From contig JAKQOW010000036.1 of assembly GCA_029565065.1 (NCBI GenBank), forward strand, positions 59,846-123,845: a stretch of 64,000 bases of DNA, read 5' to 3'. This DNA comes from Acidobacteriota bacterium (GTDB lineage: Bacteria > Acidobacteriota > JAAYUB01). Below, piece after piece: positions 39,457 to 48,390 of this stretch. A program made the translations under genes and the position numbers. The notes under the pieces were generated by a model that was not told the origin of the DNA, made no database searches, and was given only the letters and a program-made list of their open reading frames with translations. The first letter of the stretch is position 1; each line of letters starts with the position of its first letter.

Positions 39457-41592
39457 ATGCGCAACGCGACTATCCGCATCCTGCTGACGGCGGTCCTGGC
39501 GGCCGCCGGCATCCTGGGCGCTCTGGCGGCGGATCCGCCGGCGCTTCAGTATCCCAAGACGGCCACGGTGGACCAGACGGACGACTACCACGGCACCAAG
39601 GTGGCCGACCCGTACCGCTGGCTCGAGGACGACAAGGCCCCGGCCGTGGCCGCCTGGGTGCAGGAGCAGAACGCCCTCACCTTTGGCTACCTGGGCCAGA
39701 TCCCCTACCGCGACGCCATCCGCCGGCGGCTGGAGACGCTGATGAACTACCCCCGCTACAGCGCGCCGTTCCGCGCCGGGGACTACTATTTCTTCTCAAA
39801 GAACGACGGCCTCCAGAACCAGAGCGTGACCTACTACCAGAAGGGCCTGACCGGTGAGCCCAGGGTCTTCCTCGATCCCAACACGCTCTCGAAGGACGGC
39901 ACCACGCGGGCCGGCCTGGCCGGTTTCTCCGAAGACGATCGCTACGTCGTGGTCCGCTACTCGGCGGCCGGCTCCGACTGGGGCGAGCTGAAGGTCATGG
40001 GCGTGGCCAGCCGCCGCGAGCTGTCGGACCACCTGAAGTGGGTCAAGTTCTCCGGCGCGGCCTGGCGCGGCAACGGCTTCTACTACAGCCGCTACGACGC
40101 CCCCAAGCCGGGCGAGGAGCTCACCGCCCGGAACGAGAACCAGAAGATCTACTTCCACAAGCTGGGCGATCCCCAGGCCAAGGACCGCCTCGTCTTCGAG
40201 GACCCCGAGCATCCGCTGCGCTACCACGGCGCCGGCGTGACCGAGGACGGGCGCTACCTCATCATCTCCAGCTCCGAGGGGACCCACGGCAACGAGGTGC
40301 GCGTCCGCGACCTGAAGCGGAAGGGCAGCCAGTTCCAGGTGCTCTGCCCGGGATTCCAGTACAACTACTCGATCATCGACAACGTGGGCGAGCGCTTCCT
40401 CGTCCACACGGACCACGGGGCGCCCAACTACCGGGTGGTCCTGGTCGATCCGCGCCGGCCCGGGCCGGAGAACTGGCAGACCGTCGTCGCCGAGAAGAAG
40501 GACGTGCTGCGCGGCGCCTCGACCGCCGGCGGCAAGCTGTTCTGCACCTACCTTGTGGACGTGTCCACCCGCGTTTACCAGCACGCCCTGGACGGCCGCC
40601 TGGAGAAGGAGATCGAGCTCCCCGGCCTGGGCTCGGCGGGCGGTTTCTACGGCAAGCGGAAGGACACGACCCTGTTCTACACCTTCACCAACTTCACCTA
40701 TCCGCCGGTGATCTTCAAGTACGACCTGAAGACAGGCCGGAGCGAGCTGTTCCGCCGCACTGAGCTCCCCTTCGACTCGACCGGCTTTGAGGCGAAGCAG
40801 GTGTTCTATCCCTCGAAGGACGGCACGAAGATCCCCATGTTCATCGTGCACAAGAAAGGGTTGGCGCTCTCCGGCGACAACCCCACCTACCTGTACGCCT
40901 ACGGCGGCTTCAACGCCAGCATGACGCCGTCGTTCAGCGCCACGATGATGCTCTGGCTGGAAAGCGGCGGCGTCTACGCCATGGCCAACCTGCGGGGCGG
41001 CGGCGAGTACGGCGAGGCGTGGCACCAGGCCGGCATGCGCGAAAAGAAGCAGAACGTGTTCGATGACTTCATCGCTGCGGCCGAGTACCTGATCCGCGAA
41101 AAGTACACCTCGTCGAAGCGGCTGGCCATCGCCGGCGGCTCCAACGGCGGGTTGCTGGTGGGCGCCTGCATGACCCAGCGCCCCGAGCTTTACCAGGTCG
41201 CCCTGCCGGCGGTGGGCGTCATGGATATGCTCCGCTTCCACAAGTTCACCGTTGGGTGGGGCTGGACCGTGGAGTACGGCACCAGCGACGATCCCGCCCA
41301 GTTCAAGTACCTGCAGGCGTATTCACCGCTCCACAACCTGAAGCCGGGCGTGCGCTATCCGGCCACGCTGGTCACCACCGCCGACCACGACGACCGCGTG
41401 GTGCCGGCCCACTCGTTCAAGTTCATCGCCGCACTGCAGGCGTGCCAGGCCGGCCCGGACCCGGTGCTCATCCGCGTCGAGACCCGCTCCGGCCACGGCG
41501 CCTCTTCGCTCACCAAGGGCCTCGACCTCCAGGCCGACGCCTGGGCGTTCACGTTCTGGAACATGGGGGTGAAGCCCAAAATCGGTGAATAG
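39457..41592 (+). CDS. Prolyl oligopeptidase (S9A family), secreted
   Basis: Signal peptide; N-terminal beta-propeller region ([22 protein letters not shown]); catalytic domain [11 protein letters not shown] (Ser), [16 protein letters not shown] (Asp), RSGHGAS (His). Confidence 0.85.
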   Translation: MRNATIRILLTAVLAAAGILGALAADPPALQYPKTATVDQTDDYHGTKVADPYRWLEDDKAPAVAAWVQEQNALTFGYLGQIPYRDAIRRRLETLMNYPRYSAPFRAGDYYFFSKNDGLQNQSVTYYQKGLTGEPRVFLDPNTLSKDGTTRAGLAGFSEDDRYVVVRYSAAGSDWGELKVMGVASRRELSDHLKWVKFSGAAWRGNGFYYSRYDAPKPGEELTARNENQKIYFHKLGDPQAKDRLVFEDPEHPLRYHGAGVTEDGRYLIISSSEGTHGNEVRVRDLKRKGSQFQVLCPGFQYNYSIIDNVGERFLVHTDHGAPNYRVVLVDPRRPGPENWQTVVAEKKDVLRGASTAGGKLFCTYLVDVSTRVYQHALDGRLEKEIELPGLGSAGGFYGKRKDTTLFYTFTNFTYPPVIFKYDLKTGRSELFRRTELPFDSTGFEAKQVFYPSKDGTKIPMFIVHKKGLALSGDNPTYLYAYGGFNASMTPSFSATMMLWLESGGVYAMANLRGGGEYGEAWHQAGMREKKQNVFDDFIAAAEYLIREKYTSSKRLAIAGGSNGGLLVGACMTQRPELYQVALPAVGVMDMLRFHKFTVGWGWTVEYGTSDDPAQFKYLQAYSPLHNLKPGVRYPATLVTTADHDDRVVPAHSFKFIAALQACQAGPDPVLIRVETRSGHGASSLTKGLDLQADAWAFTFWNMGVKPKIGE

Positions 41593-41616
41593 GTGAGTGG
41601 GTGAATCGGGAGGAGC

Positions 41617-41658
41617 AAACAGTGAACAGTAAACAGTAAACAGTAGACAGTGAATAGT
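41617..41658. repeat. Tandem heptamer array (RAACAGT) x6
   Basis: aaacagt gaacagt aaacagt aaacagt agacagt gaatagt. Confidence 0.7.
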
Positions 41659-41673
41659 GGGGAAAATTGGTAA

Positions 41674-41720
41674 ATCGGGCAGAGGGATCCGCCGGGACCC
41701 TCTGCCCGATTCATTTCTTG
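41674..41720 (+). terminator. Hairpin downstream of prolyl oligopeptidase gene (possible terminator)
   Basis: 13-bp stem ATCGGGCAGAGGG / CCCTCTGCCCGAT with 11-nt loop, then TCATTTCTTG. Confidence 0.45.
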
Positions 41721-41809
41721 CACCTGGAACCTGCGAACCTGAGAACCTGCGGACCTGCGACCTGGAACCTGCGAACCTGGAACCTGAGAACCTGGAACCT
41801 GTGAACCTG
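41721..41809. repeat. Tandem 7/8-mer array (N)GAACCTG x~12
   Basis: cacctg gaacctg cgaacctg agaacctg cggacctg cgacctg gaacctg cgaacctg gaacctg agaacctg gaacctg tgaacctg. Confidence 0.75.
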
Positions 41810-41942
41810 AGAATCGGTGAACGATGACAGGCACGATCGCCCGGCGGGCAGGCGGGAGGTACCGCGACCGGGAGGGAGCGGCGCGAAAGCCCACCCCGCG
41901 AAACCAGGGGAGCCCGCGACACCATTCCATCGCCCGCGGCAG

Positions 41943-41981
41943 CGAGTTTCACGGCGCCCGTCCGGCGGACGGGCGCTACTG
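41943..41981 (+). repeat. 39-bp direct repeat copy 1 (contains 9-bp-stem palindrome GCCCGTCCG-GC-GGACGGGC)
   Basis: cgagtttcacggcgcccgtccggcggacgggcgctactg; 38/39 identical to copy at 42121. Confidence 0.7.
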
Positions 41982-42120
41982 TGCCGTAGACTGCGTCACA
42001 GCGAACAGTAGGCCGCACGCCCGCCGGGCGCGGCCCGTCCCCAAGGCACGATTAAGCGATTCGCTCACAGGTTCGAGTCGCAGCGCGGCAAGGACGGATC
42101 AGACTCCCGCCACTTCTTGC

Positions 42121-42159
42121 CGAGTGTCACGGCGCCCGTCCGGCGGACGGGCGCTACTG
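42121..42159 (+). repeat. 39-bp direct repeat copy 2
   Basis: cgagtgtcacggcgcccgtccggcggacgggcgctactg. Confidence 0.7.
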
Positions 42160-42186
42160 CCATTGTGAGGCAACGCGATCGGGGAC

Positions 42187-42215
42187 TTGACAACTGTCAC
42201 GTGACACATTACACT
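42187..42215 (+). promoter_or_regulatory. higBA promoter-like TTGACA-17-TACACT with embedded 12-bp palindrome TGTCACGTGACA (candidate HigA operator)
   Basis: Seen directly; palindrome spans 42195-42206 between -35 and -10 elements. Confidence 0.55.
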
Positions 42216-42221
42216 TGAGGC

Positions 42222-42503
42222 GTGATCAAGAGCTTCGTTGACAAGCATACGGCGGAACTGTTCACGACCGGCCGGTCCAGGCGATTGCCGCCAGACATGG
42301 TGCGTCGGGCGAGAAGAAAGCTCGAGTCCGTCGATCTGGCCGCGCGTCTGGATGACCTTCGGGTTCCTCCGGGCAATCGCCTCCACAAACTCGGCGGAGA
42401 CCGGGAAGGACAGCATGCGATCACCATCAACGACCAGTGGCGCATCTGCTTCCGGTTCGTGGAGGGCGCTGCCTACGATGTTGAAGTGACGGATTATCAC
42501 TGA
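42222..42503 (+). CDS. higB: HigB toxin (RelE/ParE superfamily mRNA interferase)
   Basis: GTG start; product MIKSFVDKHTAELF...LHKLGGDREGQHAITINDQWRICFRFVEGAAYDVEVTDYH closely parallels plasmid/Vibrio HigB (MIKSF..., KLHPLKGDREGYWSI..., ...DYH). Confidence 0.85.
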   Translation: MIKSFVDKHTAELFTTGRSRRLPPDMVRRARRKLESVDLAARLDDLRVPPGNRLHKLGGDREGQHAITINDQWRICFRFVEGAAYDVEVTDYH

Positions 42504-42516
42504 AGCGAGGTGCGGG

Positions 42517-42831
42517 ATGAGCATCCTGAACACGAGACGGAAGATCGTTCGCCCCATCCACCCGGGGGAGATACTTCGGGAGGACTTCCTGCCTGACTAT
42601 GGCCTGACGGCTTCCGGTCTCGCGGCGGCGCTGGGCGTTTCGCGACAGACCGTGAATGAGCTGCTGCGCGAGCGTCGGTCGGTCAGCCCGGAGATGGCGC
42701 TCCGGCTTTCGCGTCTGTTTGGCAACTCCCCCGAGTTCTGGCTGAATGCTCAGCGTACGGTCGACCTCTGGGATGCAGCCCAATCTATCGGACGGGAGGT
42801 CGAGCGGATCAAGCCTTTGTCTGTGGCCTGA
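42517..42831 (+). CDS. higA: HigA antitoxin (XRE-family HTH)
   Basis: IHPGEILREDFL and HTH LAAALGVSRQTVNELLRERRSVSPEMALRLSRLFGNSPEFWLNAQ, typical HigA. Confidence 0.85.
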   Translation: MSILNTRRKIVRPIHPGEILREDFLPDYGLTASGLAAALGVSRQTVNELLRERRSVSPEMALRLSRLFGNSPEFWLNAQRTVDLWDAAQSIGREVERIKPLSVA

Positions 42832-42906
42832 CAACGACTTGCAGCGGATGGTCCACTGCGCGGCCCGCCGCTGAACCGGAGCGTTAGGCGGCTTACGACA
42901 TCATCA

Positions 42907-43848
42907 TTGCGGAGTATCGATTTGGAAGAAAAAACTGAAATTACGACCTTGCTTGAGAGAATTGCGATCGCGCTTGAGCGAATAGCAGACTTGCTTGCCA
43001 GACCAGACCAATCAGAAGATTCGTCTGGTCTGGTTGATTCAGAACCTCCTATTGCTCCCGAACCAACAGAACCTGCGCCTTCTACCAACGATATTACCTG
43101 GCTGCGGGACTTTCTTGCTTCACGGGGGATTTCAATAAAGACCATTCCTCAGGAGCAAGAGAGCGATGAAACTCTCGACAAGATAGCCTTGTTCATTGGG
43201 AACAGGCTAGAATCAGTCAATAGTGTTCTCGATTCCATCAAGGCGAATATGAATGTTGGGAGACCGTTCAGTCTGAATCTGAGAAACGAGTCCCAACAAA
43301 CCGTTGCAGATACAACCAATCTGTGTACAAATCTCTATAACATCGCCTTTCTTACAGCATACTACTATCAGAAATCCCCAGCCTATCAGCTTTATGCAAC
43401 CCCAAGCACATCGCCCAGAGCATTGAATTTTTATTCCGGACAATGGTTGGAGCGATTCATCAAGATCCAAGCCGTCTCGCTACTCAGAAGCAAATCGCTT
43501 GAATTCTCCTATATCTGCAATGCTCAAATTTCATTGCCAAAGGGGGATGATTTTGAACTGGATATGTTGTTTGAGGCAGAGGGAGAAGTGTTCTGGCTAG
43601 AAGCGAAAACTGGTGATTATAGAAGGCATATCGAAAAATATTCCAAGATGTCCAAGACTTTAGGTCTAGACCGCTCACATACCTTTATGATATTGGCGGA
43701 TGGCTCGGTAACTGACGCTCTGGCGCGCGACTTGGGTAATTTGTTTGGAATGACTGTGGCAAGGGTTGAGAAATTTGCAGAGCAATTGACCAAAGTGCTA
43801 CCCAAAAACCGCAATGAGACAGTTCAAGGTCGAGAAATATCACCATGA
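42907..43848 (+). CDS. Hypothetical low-GC protein with C-terminal PD-(D/E)xK nuclease-like motif
   Basis: No in-frame ATG near start (TTG/alternative start); Pro-rich linker; GDDFELDMLFEAEGEVFWLEAKTG fits D...E-x-K restriction-endonuclease-like core; GC well below genome average. Confidence 0.5.
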   Translation: MRSIDLEEKTEITTLLERIAIALERIADLLARPDQSEDSSGLVDSEPPIAPEPTEPAPSTNDITWLRDFLASRGISIKTIPQEQESDETLDKIALFIGNRLESVNSVLDSIKANMNVGRPFSLNLRNESQQTVADTTNLCTNLYNIAFLTAYYYQKSPAYQLYATPSTSPRALNFYSGQWLERFIKIQAVSLLRSKSLEFSYICNAQISLPKGDDFELDMLFEAEGEVFWLEAKTGDYRRHIEKYSKMSKTLGLDRSHTFMILADGSVTDALARDLGNLFGMTVARVEKFAEQLTKVLPKNRNETVQGREISP

Positions 43849-43965
43849 CCAGACGCCCAACAAGCGCTTGCAGCGGACGCTCGCTACGCTCGCAGCGCTG
43901 AAGCGCCAGCCGTTAGCCCGAAAGAGATTCGGGGCGACATGAGGACCAATGTGATATGAGTAAGG

Positions 43966-45432
43966 ATGACCATGTTTGAACAAGCTTTCAAGAATATTGA
44001 CGATGTGCTTTGGAAGGATGCCGGGTGTACCAGTGAACTGGATTACACCGAGCAGACTTCCTGGCTGCTATTCCTGAAATACCTCGATGCACTGGAGGCC
44101 GACCGTGCCACGGCTGCCGCCCTGAACGGCAAGACCTACACCCACATTCTGGATAAACCATACCGCTGGGGCTCCTGGGCCGCGCCGAGGGGCAAGGATG
44201 GCTCGATTGACCACAACACCGCTCTAACCGGCGACGACCTGATCCAGTTCGTCAACGGCAAGCTTTTCCCTTACCTGCACGGCTTCAAGCAGAAGGCTAG
44301 CGGGCCGAACACGGTCGAATACAAGATCGGCGAGATTTTCGGCGAGATCAAGAACCGCATCCAGAGCGGCTACAACCTACGCGAGGTCATTGACCAAATT
44401 GATGAACTGCGCTTCGCGTCGCAAGTTGAGAAGCACGAGCTTTCGCACCTGTACGAGGCGAAGATCAAGAACATGGGCAACGCCGGGCGCAACGGCGGCG
44501 AGTATTACACCCCGCGCCCGCTCATCCGCGCCATCGTGGCGGTGGTCGCGCCCAAGCTCGGCGAGACCATCTGCGACCCGGCGGTCGGCTCGGCGGGCTT
44601 CCTGTGCGAGGCATTCGAATATCTCAAGGCTCAGAACCCGAAGCGCACCACCGCCCAGGACCGCGCCTTGCAGGAGCGCACCTTCTTCGGCAAGGAAAAG
44701 AAGTCGCTGGCCTACGTCATCGCGATCATGAACATGATCCTGCACGGCATCGAGGCGCCCAACATCCTCCACGTCAACACGCTGGCCGAGAACCTGGCCG
44801 ACGTGCAGGAAAAGGACCGATTCGACATCATCCTCGCCAATCCGCCTTTTGGCGGCAAGGAGCGCAAGGAGGTCCAGCAGAACTTCCCAATTCGCACCGG
44901 TGAAACGGCTTTTCTCTTCCTCCAGCACTTCATCAAGGTACTCAAGGCCGGCGGCCGGGCGGGGATCGTCATCAAGAATACGTTTCTGAGCAACACCGAC
45001 AATGCCTCCGTAAGCCTGCGGCGGAAACTGCTGGAGGAATGCAACCTGCATACCGTGCTCGACTGCCCCGGCGGCACGTTCCAGGGCGCGGGCGTGAAGA
45101 CCGTGGTGCTGTTTTTCGAGAAGGGCGCGAAGACCAGGAAGGTGTGGTACTACCAACTCGACCCCGGCCGCAGCCTCGGCAAGACCAACCCGCTCAATGA
45201 TGACGACCTCGCCGAGTTCGTGCAGCTCCAGAAGACCTTCGCCGACTCACCCAAGAGCTGGAGCGTTGACGCCAATTATATTGATCCGACCACTTTCGAC
45301 CTCTCCGTGAAGAACCCCAACGGCGGCGAGACCGTGACCCACCGCAGTCCGCAGGAGATCATGGAAGAAATCGCCGTCCTAGACATCGAAAGCGCTGAGG
45401 TGCTGGAGAAGATCAGGGGGCTGCTGAAATGA
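43966..45432 (+). CDS. hsdM: Type I restriction-modification system, DNA methyltransferase subunit M (N6-adenine)
   Basis: HsdM N-domain; SAM-binding DPAVGSAGFL; catalytic NPPFG motif. Confidence 0.9.
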   Translation: MTMFEQAFKNIDDVLWKDAGCTSELDYTEQTSWLLFLKYLDALEADRATAAALNGKTYTHILDKPYRWGSWAAPRGKDGSIDHNTALTGDDLIQFVNGKLFPYLHGFKQKASGPNTVEYKIGEIFGEIKNRIQSGYNLREVIDQIDELRFASQVEKHELSHLYEAKIKNMGNAGRNGGEYYTPRPLIRAIVAVVAPKLGETICDPAVGSAGFLCEAFEYLKAQNPKRTTAQDRALQERTFFGKEKKSLAYVIAIMNMILHGIEAPNILHVNTLAENLADVQEKDRFDIILANPPFGGKERKEVQQNFPIRTGETAFLFLQHFIKVLKAGGRAGIVIKNTFLSNTDNASVSLRRKLLEECNLHTVLDCPGGTFQGAGVKTVVLFFEKGAKTRKVWYYQLDPGRSLGKTNPLNDDDLAEFVQLQKTFADSPKSWSVDANYIDPTTFDLSVKNPNGGETVTHRSPQEIMEEIAVLDIESAEVLEKIRGLLK

Positions 45433-46571
45433 AGAAGGGGTGGGAAACGAGGCGTATCGATGAGCTTTGCATAGTGGTCGCCGGGCAATCGCCGGAGGGG
45501 AAGTTCTATAACTCCGAGGGTCGGGGCCTTCCGTTCTATCAAGGTAAAAAGGACTTTGGGGAAAAGTTCATCGAGGCACCCACCACTTGGACAACGCAGA
45601 CGACCAAGATTGCCAAACAGGGCGATATCTTGATGTCCGTCCGCGCACCTGTTGGCCCTGTGAATTTTTCCACCGAGGAAATCTGCATTGGGCGCGGATT
45701 AGCTGCGATACGCTGCGGGACACAACTGAATCGAGATTTTCTTTTCTACCAGTTGCTCCACTTACAGCCTGAGATTGCTGGGAAAGAAGGCGCAGTGTTC
45801 GCATCAATCAACAAATCCGAAATCGAAGCCTTGCCGCTCGCGTTTACCCCGCTCCCCGAACAGCAGCGGATCGTGGGGGTATTGGATGAAACTTTTGCTG
45901 GTCTGGCCACCGCCCAAGCCAACGCCGAAAAGAACCTCCTGAACGCCCGCGCCCTATTCGAAAGCCACATGAATGACGTGTTCAGCAAGCGGGGCGAAGG
46001 GTGGGTGGAGAAGACGTTGGGGAAAATCGGCAAGGTCTCCATGTGCAAGAGAATCTTCAAGGAGGAGACGACAGCGACCGGAGACATTCCATTCTACAAG
46101 ATTGGGACTTTCGGAAAAGAGCCCGATGCATTCATTTCAAGCCAAACCTACAATGAATACAGGGCGAGATACCCCTTTCCTAAAAAAGGCGATATTCTTA
46201 TCTCGGCGTCGGGAACAATCGGGCGACGCGTCAGATACGACGGTGAACCCGCATATTTTCAGGACTCGAATATCGTCTGGATTGATAACGATGAAAGACA
46301 GGTGTCGAACGACTACCTGTATCACTTCTACGGAGCCTGTGAGTGGAACTCGACGAAAGGCGCTACCATATCGCGACTCTACAATGACAATCTGAGGCAA
46401 ATCGCTATTGCATTCCCTGAATCGAGTCAGGAGCAGCGGCGGATTGTCACCCAACTCGACTCCCTCTCCGCCGAAACCCGCCGCTTGGCCGCCATCTACG
46501 AGCGGAAGCTGGCGGCGCTGGAGACGCTGAAGAAATCGCTTCTACATCAGGCGTTTAACGGAGAACTGTGA
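45429..46571 (+). CDS. hsdS: Type I restriction-modification system, specificity subunit S
   Basis: Overlaps hsdM by ATGA; two target-recognition domains separated by a conserved central helix (LPEQQRIVGVLDETFAGLATAQANAEKN) and C-terminal helix (QEQRRIVTQLDSLSAETRRLAAIYERK). Confidence 0.85.
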   Translation: MKKGWETRRIDELCIVVAGQSPEGKFYNSEGRGLPFYQGKKDFGEKFIEAPTTWTTQTTKIAKQGDILMSVRAPVGPVNFSTEEICIGRGLAAIRCGTQLNRDFLFYQLLHLQPEIAGKEGAVFASINKSEIEALPLAFTPLPEQQRIVGVLDETFAGLATAQANAEKNLLNARALFESHMNDVFSKRGEGWVEKTLGKIGKVSMCKRIFKEETTATGDIPFYKIGTFGKEPDAFISSQTYNEYRARYPFPKKGDILISASGTIGRRVRYDGEPAYFQDSNIVWIDNDERQVSNDYLYHFYGACEWNSTKGATISRLYNDNLRQIAIAFPESSQEQRRIVTQLDSLSAETRRLAAIYERKLAALETLKKSLLHQAFNGEL

Positions 46572-46572
46572 C

Positions 46573-47496
46573 ATGAAAAGCTACTACCGAGTCATGTTGG
46601 GTGAAAAGAGCAAGTATGCCGAGGAGTGTTTTGCAGCGAACTGCATTGCCGCCGGCTTCATCCCTGATCAGAACTTGAAAGGAAAGTTGCCCGATCAATG
46701 GCGCACCTTCAATAAACAGTTTATTCCCGTGTTCCTCGCCGCTCATCCGGAGAAAACAAAAATCGGTGCAGGGCTAGCTTGTGGCGCGTTGTGGACGGTA
46801 TGCAAAGGGATGCAAAATGGCGATATAGTCTTATGTCCTGACGGCACGGGCAGATACCGGGCCGGTGAAATCAGTGGCGATTACTTTTATGAGCCCAGCA
46901 AGCACTTGTGCCATAGACGGCCTGTGACTTGGCTGAACGTGATGATTGACCGGGCCACGATGAGTGAGCCGCTGCGCAAATCCACCGGTTCAATCGGCAC
47001 GGTGAGCAACATCACGCTGCACCGCGATGAAATTGAAAAGCACACCGGCGGCGTTTCAACTCCGAAACTAATTTCCACCGACACCACAGTTGAGGACGCC
47101 TCTGCTTTCGCATTAGAAGAGCATTTGGAGGATTTCCTCGTCAAAAATTGGTCTCACACCGAACTCGGCAAAGATTACACAATTTACGAGGAGGACGGAG
47201 AGAAAGCACAGCAATACCAGACCGACACAGGACCGTTGGACATCCTCGCGATCAGCAAGGACAAAAAACATCTGTTGGTTGTGGAGTTGAAAAAGGGACG
47301 GGCCAGTGATCTGGTGGTCGGACAGACTCTCCGCTACATGAGCTTCGTCCAGGATGAATTGGCTGAGGAGGGACAGACAGTGCGGGGGTTGATAATCGCT
47401 CACGAGGACGATCAAAAAATCCGGCGCGCCCTCAGCATGACACCCAACATTTCCTTCTATCGCTACCAAGTCAGTTTCAAGTTAATGAAGGGATGA
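46573..47496 (+). CDS. Embedded cassette gene A: hypothetical protein with C-terminal PD-(D/E)xK (NucS/Mrr-cat-like) nuclease motif
   Basis: GPLDILAISKDKKHLLVVELKKGRASDLVVGQTLRYMSF ... VRGLIIAHEDD fits D-x(n)-E-L-K nuclease core; N-terminal ~150-aa domain of unknown function; starts 2 nt after hsdS stop. Confidence 0.6.
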   Translation: MKSYYRVMLGEKSKYAEECFAANCIAAGFIPDQNLKGKLPDQWRTFNKQFIPVFLAAHPEKTKIGAGLACGALWTVCKGMQNGDIVLCPDGTGRYRAGEISGDYFYEPSKHLCHRRPVTWLNVMIDRATMSEPLRKSTGSIGTVSNITLHRDEIEKHTGGVSTPKLISTDTTVEDASAFALEEHLEDFLVKNWSHTELGKDYTIYEEDGEKAQQYQTDTGPLDILAISKDKKHLLVVELKKGRASDLVVGQTLRYMSFVQDELAEEGQTVRGLIIAHEDDQKIRRALSMTPNISFYRYQVSFKLMKG

Positions 47497-47497
47497 C

Positions 47498-47593
47498 ATG
47501 AACGAAGCTGAAACGAGAGCCGAGCATATTGATCCCGCGCTGGCGGCGTTGAAGAAGTCGCTGCTGCTCCTGGCCTTTGCAGGAGAACTGTGA
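47498..47593 (+). pseudogene. Chimeric remnant: 51-nt hsdR 5' fragment (MNEAETRAEHIDPALAA) fused to 45-nt hsdS 3' fragment (LKKSLLLLAFAGEL-stop)
   Basis: 47498-47548 is 47/51 nt identical (all 4 differences synonymous) to hsdR start at 48391-48441. 47549-47593 parallels the hsdS 3' end at 46527-46571 (LKKSLLHQAFNGEL-stop). Confidence 0.8.
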
Positions 47594-48375
47594 TGAATAT
47601 GAAGAAATACTGCTACGACACAGAACCGATAGCCGGAATTGAGAAGCTGTGTGAGCGAATGACGGGGAAGGCGTTACAGTCTCCGTATCGTTCCACTGTG
47701 CCTTTACTGAGCCTCGTTGAACACAGTCAGCCTGAATGGCATTCGCTATTGGCGTCGTTGGGGACGCCGCCTGACCGAACGGTCCACTTTGAATACTGCA
47801 TCGCCTCGCCAAAGCCTGGAGGAAATCCGTCACAGACAGACGCCCTGCTGATGTCAGATTCAACTGTGTGGGCCGTTGAGGCGAAGTGGACAGAACCTCG
47901 GTATGAAACAGTGGCGAAAAGAATAAGCAAACCAGAGTCGGACGGCGCTGATCCGCGAACCACGGTTGATGGCTGGCTGAAATATCTCCAGCCGTTTACA
48001 ACACGAGATTTGCGCGTCGATGACTTTTTGGATGTGGTATATCAAGTATTGCATCGCGCCGCATCGGCGTGTGCTGTCGCAACCGATCTGCAACTCTCGC
48101 CGCACCTTGTGTATCTGCATTTTCATCCATCCCCGCTGGAGAGTTCCGCGACGACCGATCAGTATGTCTCGGACCTTCAGCATCTATATGCGTTGCTCGG
48201 CAATCCCTCCACCCTGAAGATCACCGTGGTTGAAATGCCGCTCAAGCCGACTGCGGAATTTGATGCCATCAAGGGTCTGGATAAGCGAGATCCAGGATCT
48301 GCCGCTGTGGTGAAAGCGGCGCTGTGCAAAGAGCCATTATTTACTTTCGGAAGCCCGATCATTACGCGATCATGA
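47593..48375 (+). CDS. Embedded cassette gene B: hypothetical protein with PD-(D/E)xK restriction-endonuclease-like core
   Basis: HFEYCIASPKPGGNPSQTDALLMSDSTVWAVEAKWTE contains E...D...E-A-K pattern; start overlaps remnant stop (TGATG). Confidence 0.55.
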   Translation: MNMKKYCYDTEPIAGIEKLCERMTGKALQSPYRSTVPLLSLVEHSQPEWHSLLASLGTPPDRTVHFEYCIASPKPGGNPSQTDALLMSDSTVWAVEAKWTEPRYETVAKRISKPESDGADPRTTVDGWLKYLQPFTTRDLRVDDFLDVVYQVLHRAASACAVATDLQLSPHLVYLHFHPSPLESSATTDQYVSDLQHLYALLGNPSTLKITVVEMPLKPTAEFDAIKGLDKRDPGSAAVVKAALCKEPLFTFGSPIITRS

Positions 48376-48390
48376 GGTCAGATCTCACGC

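Noticed and set aside
39796-41241. 481-aa minus-strand ORF
   Set aside because: Antisense to prolyl oligopeptidase, which has a complete Ser/Asp/His triad.
42060-42110. tRNA-like GGTTCGAGTC T-arm-like motif
   Set aside because: No acceptor stem, anticodon arm or CCA-compatible structure could be assembled around it. Likely chance.
41943-42159. Possible mini-CRISPR array
   Set aside because: Only two repeat copies, separated by a 139-nt 'spacer', and no cas genes. Does not fit CRISPR architecture.
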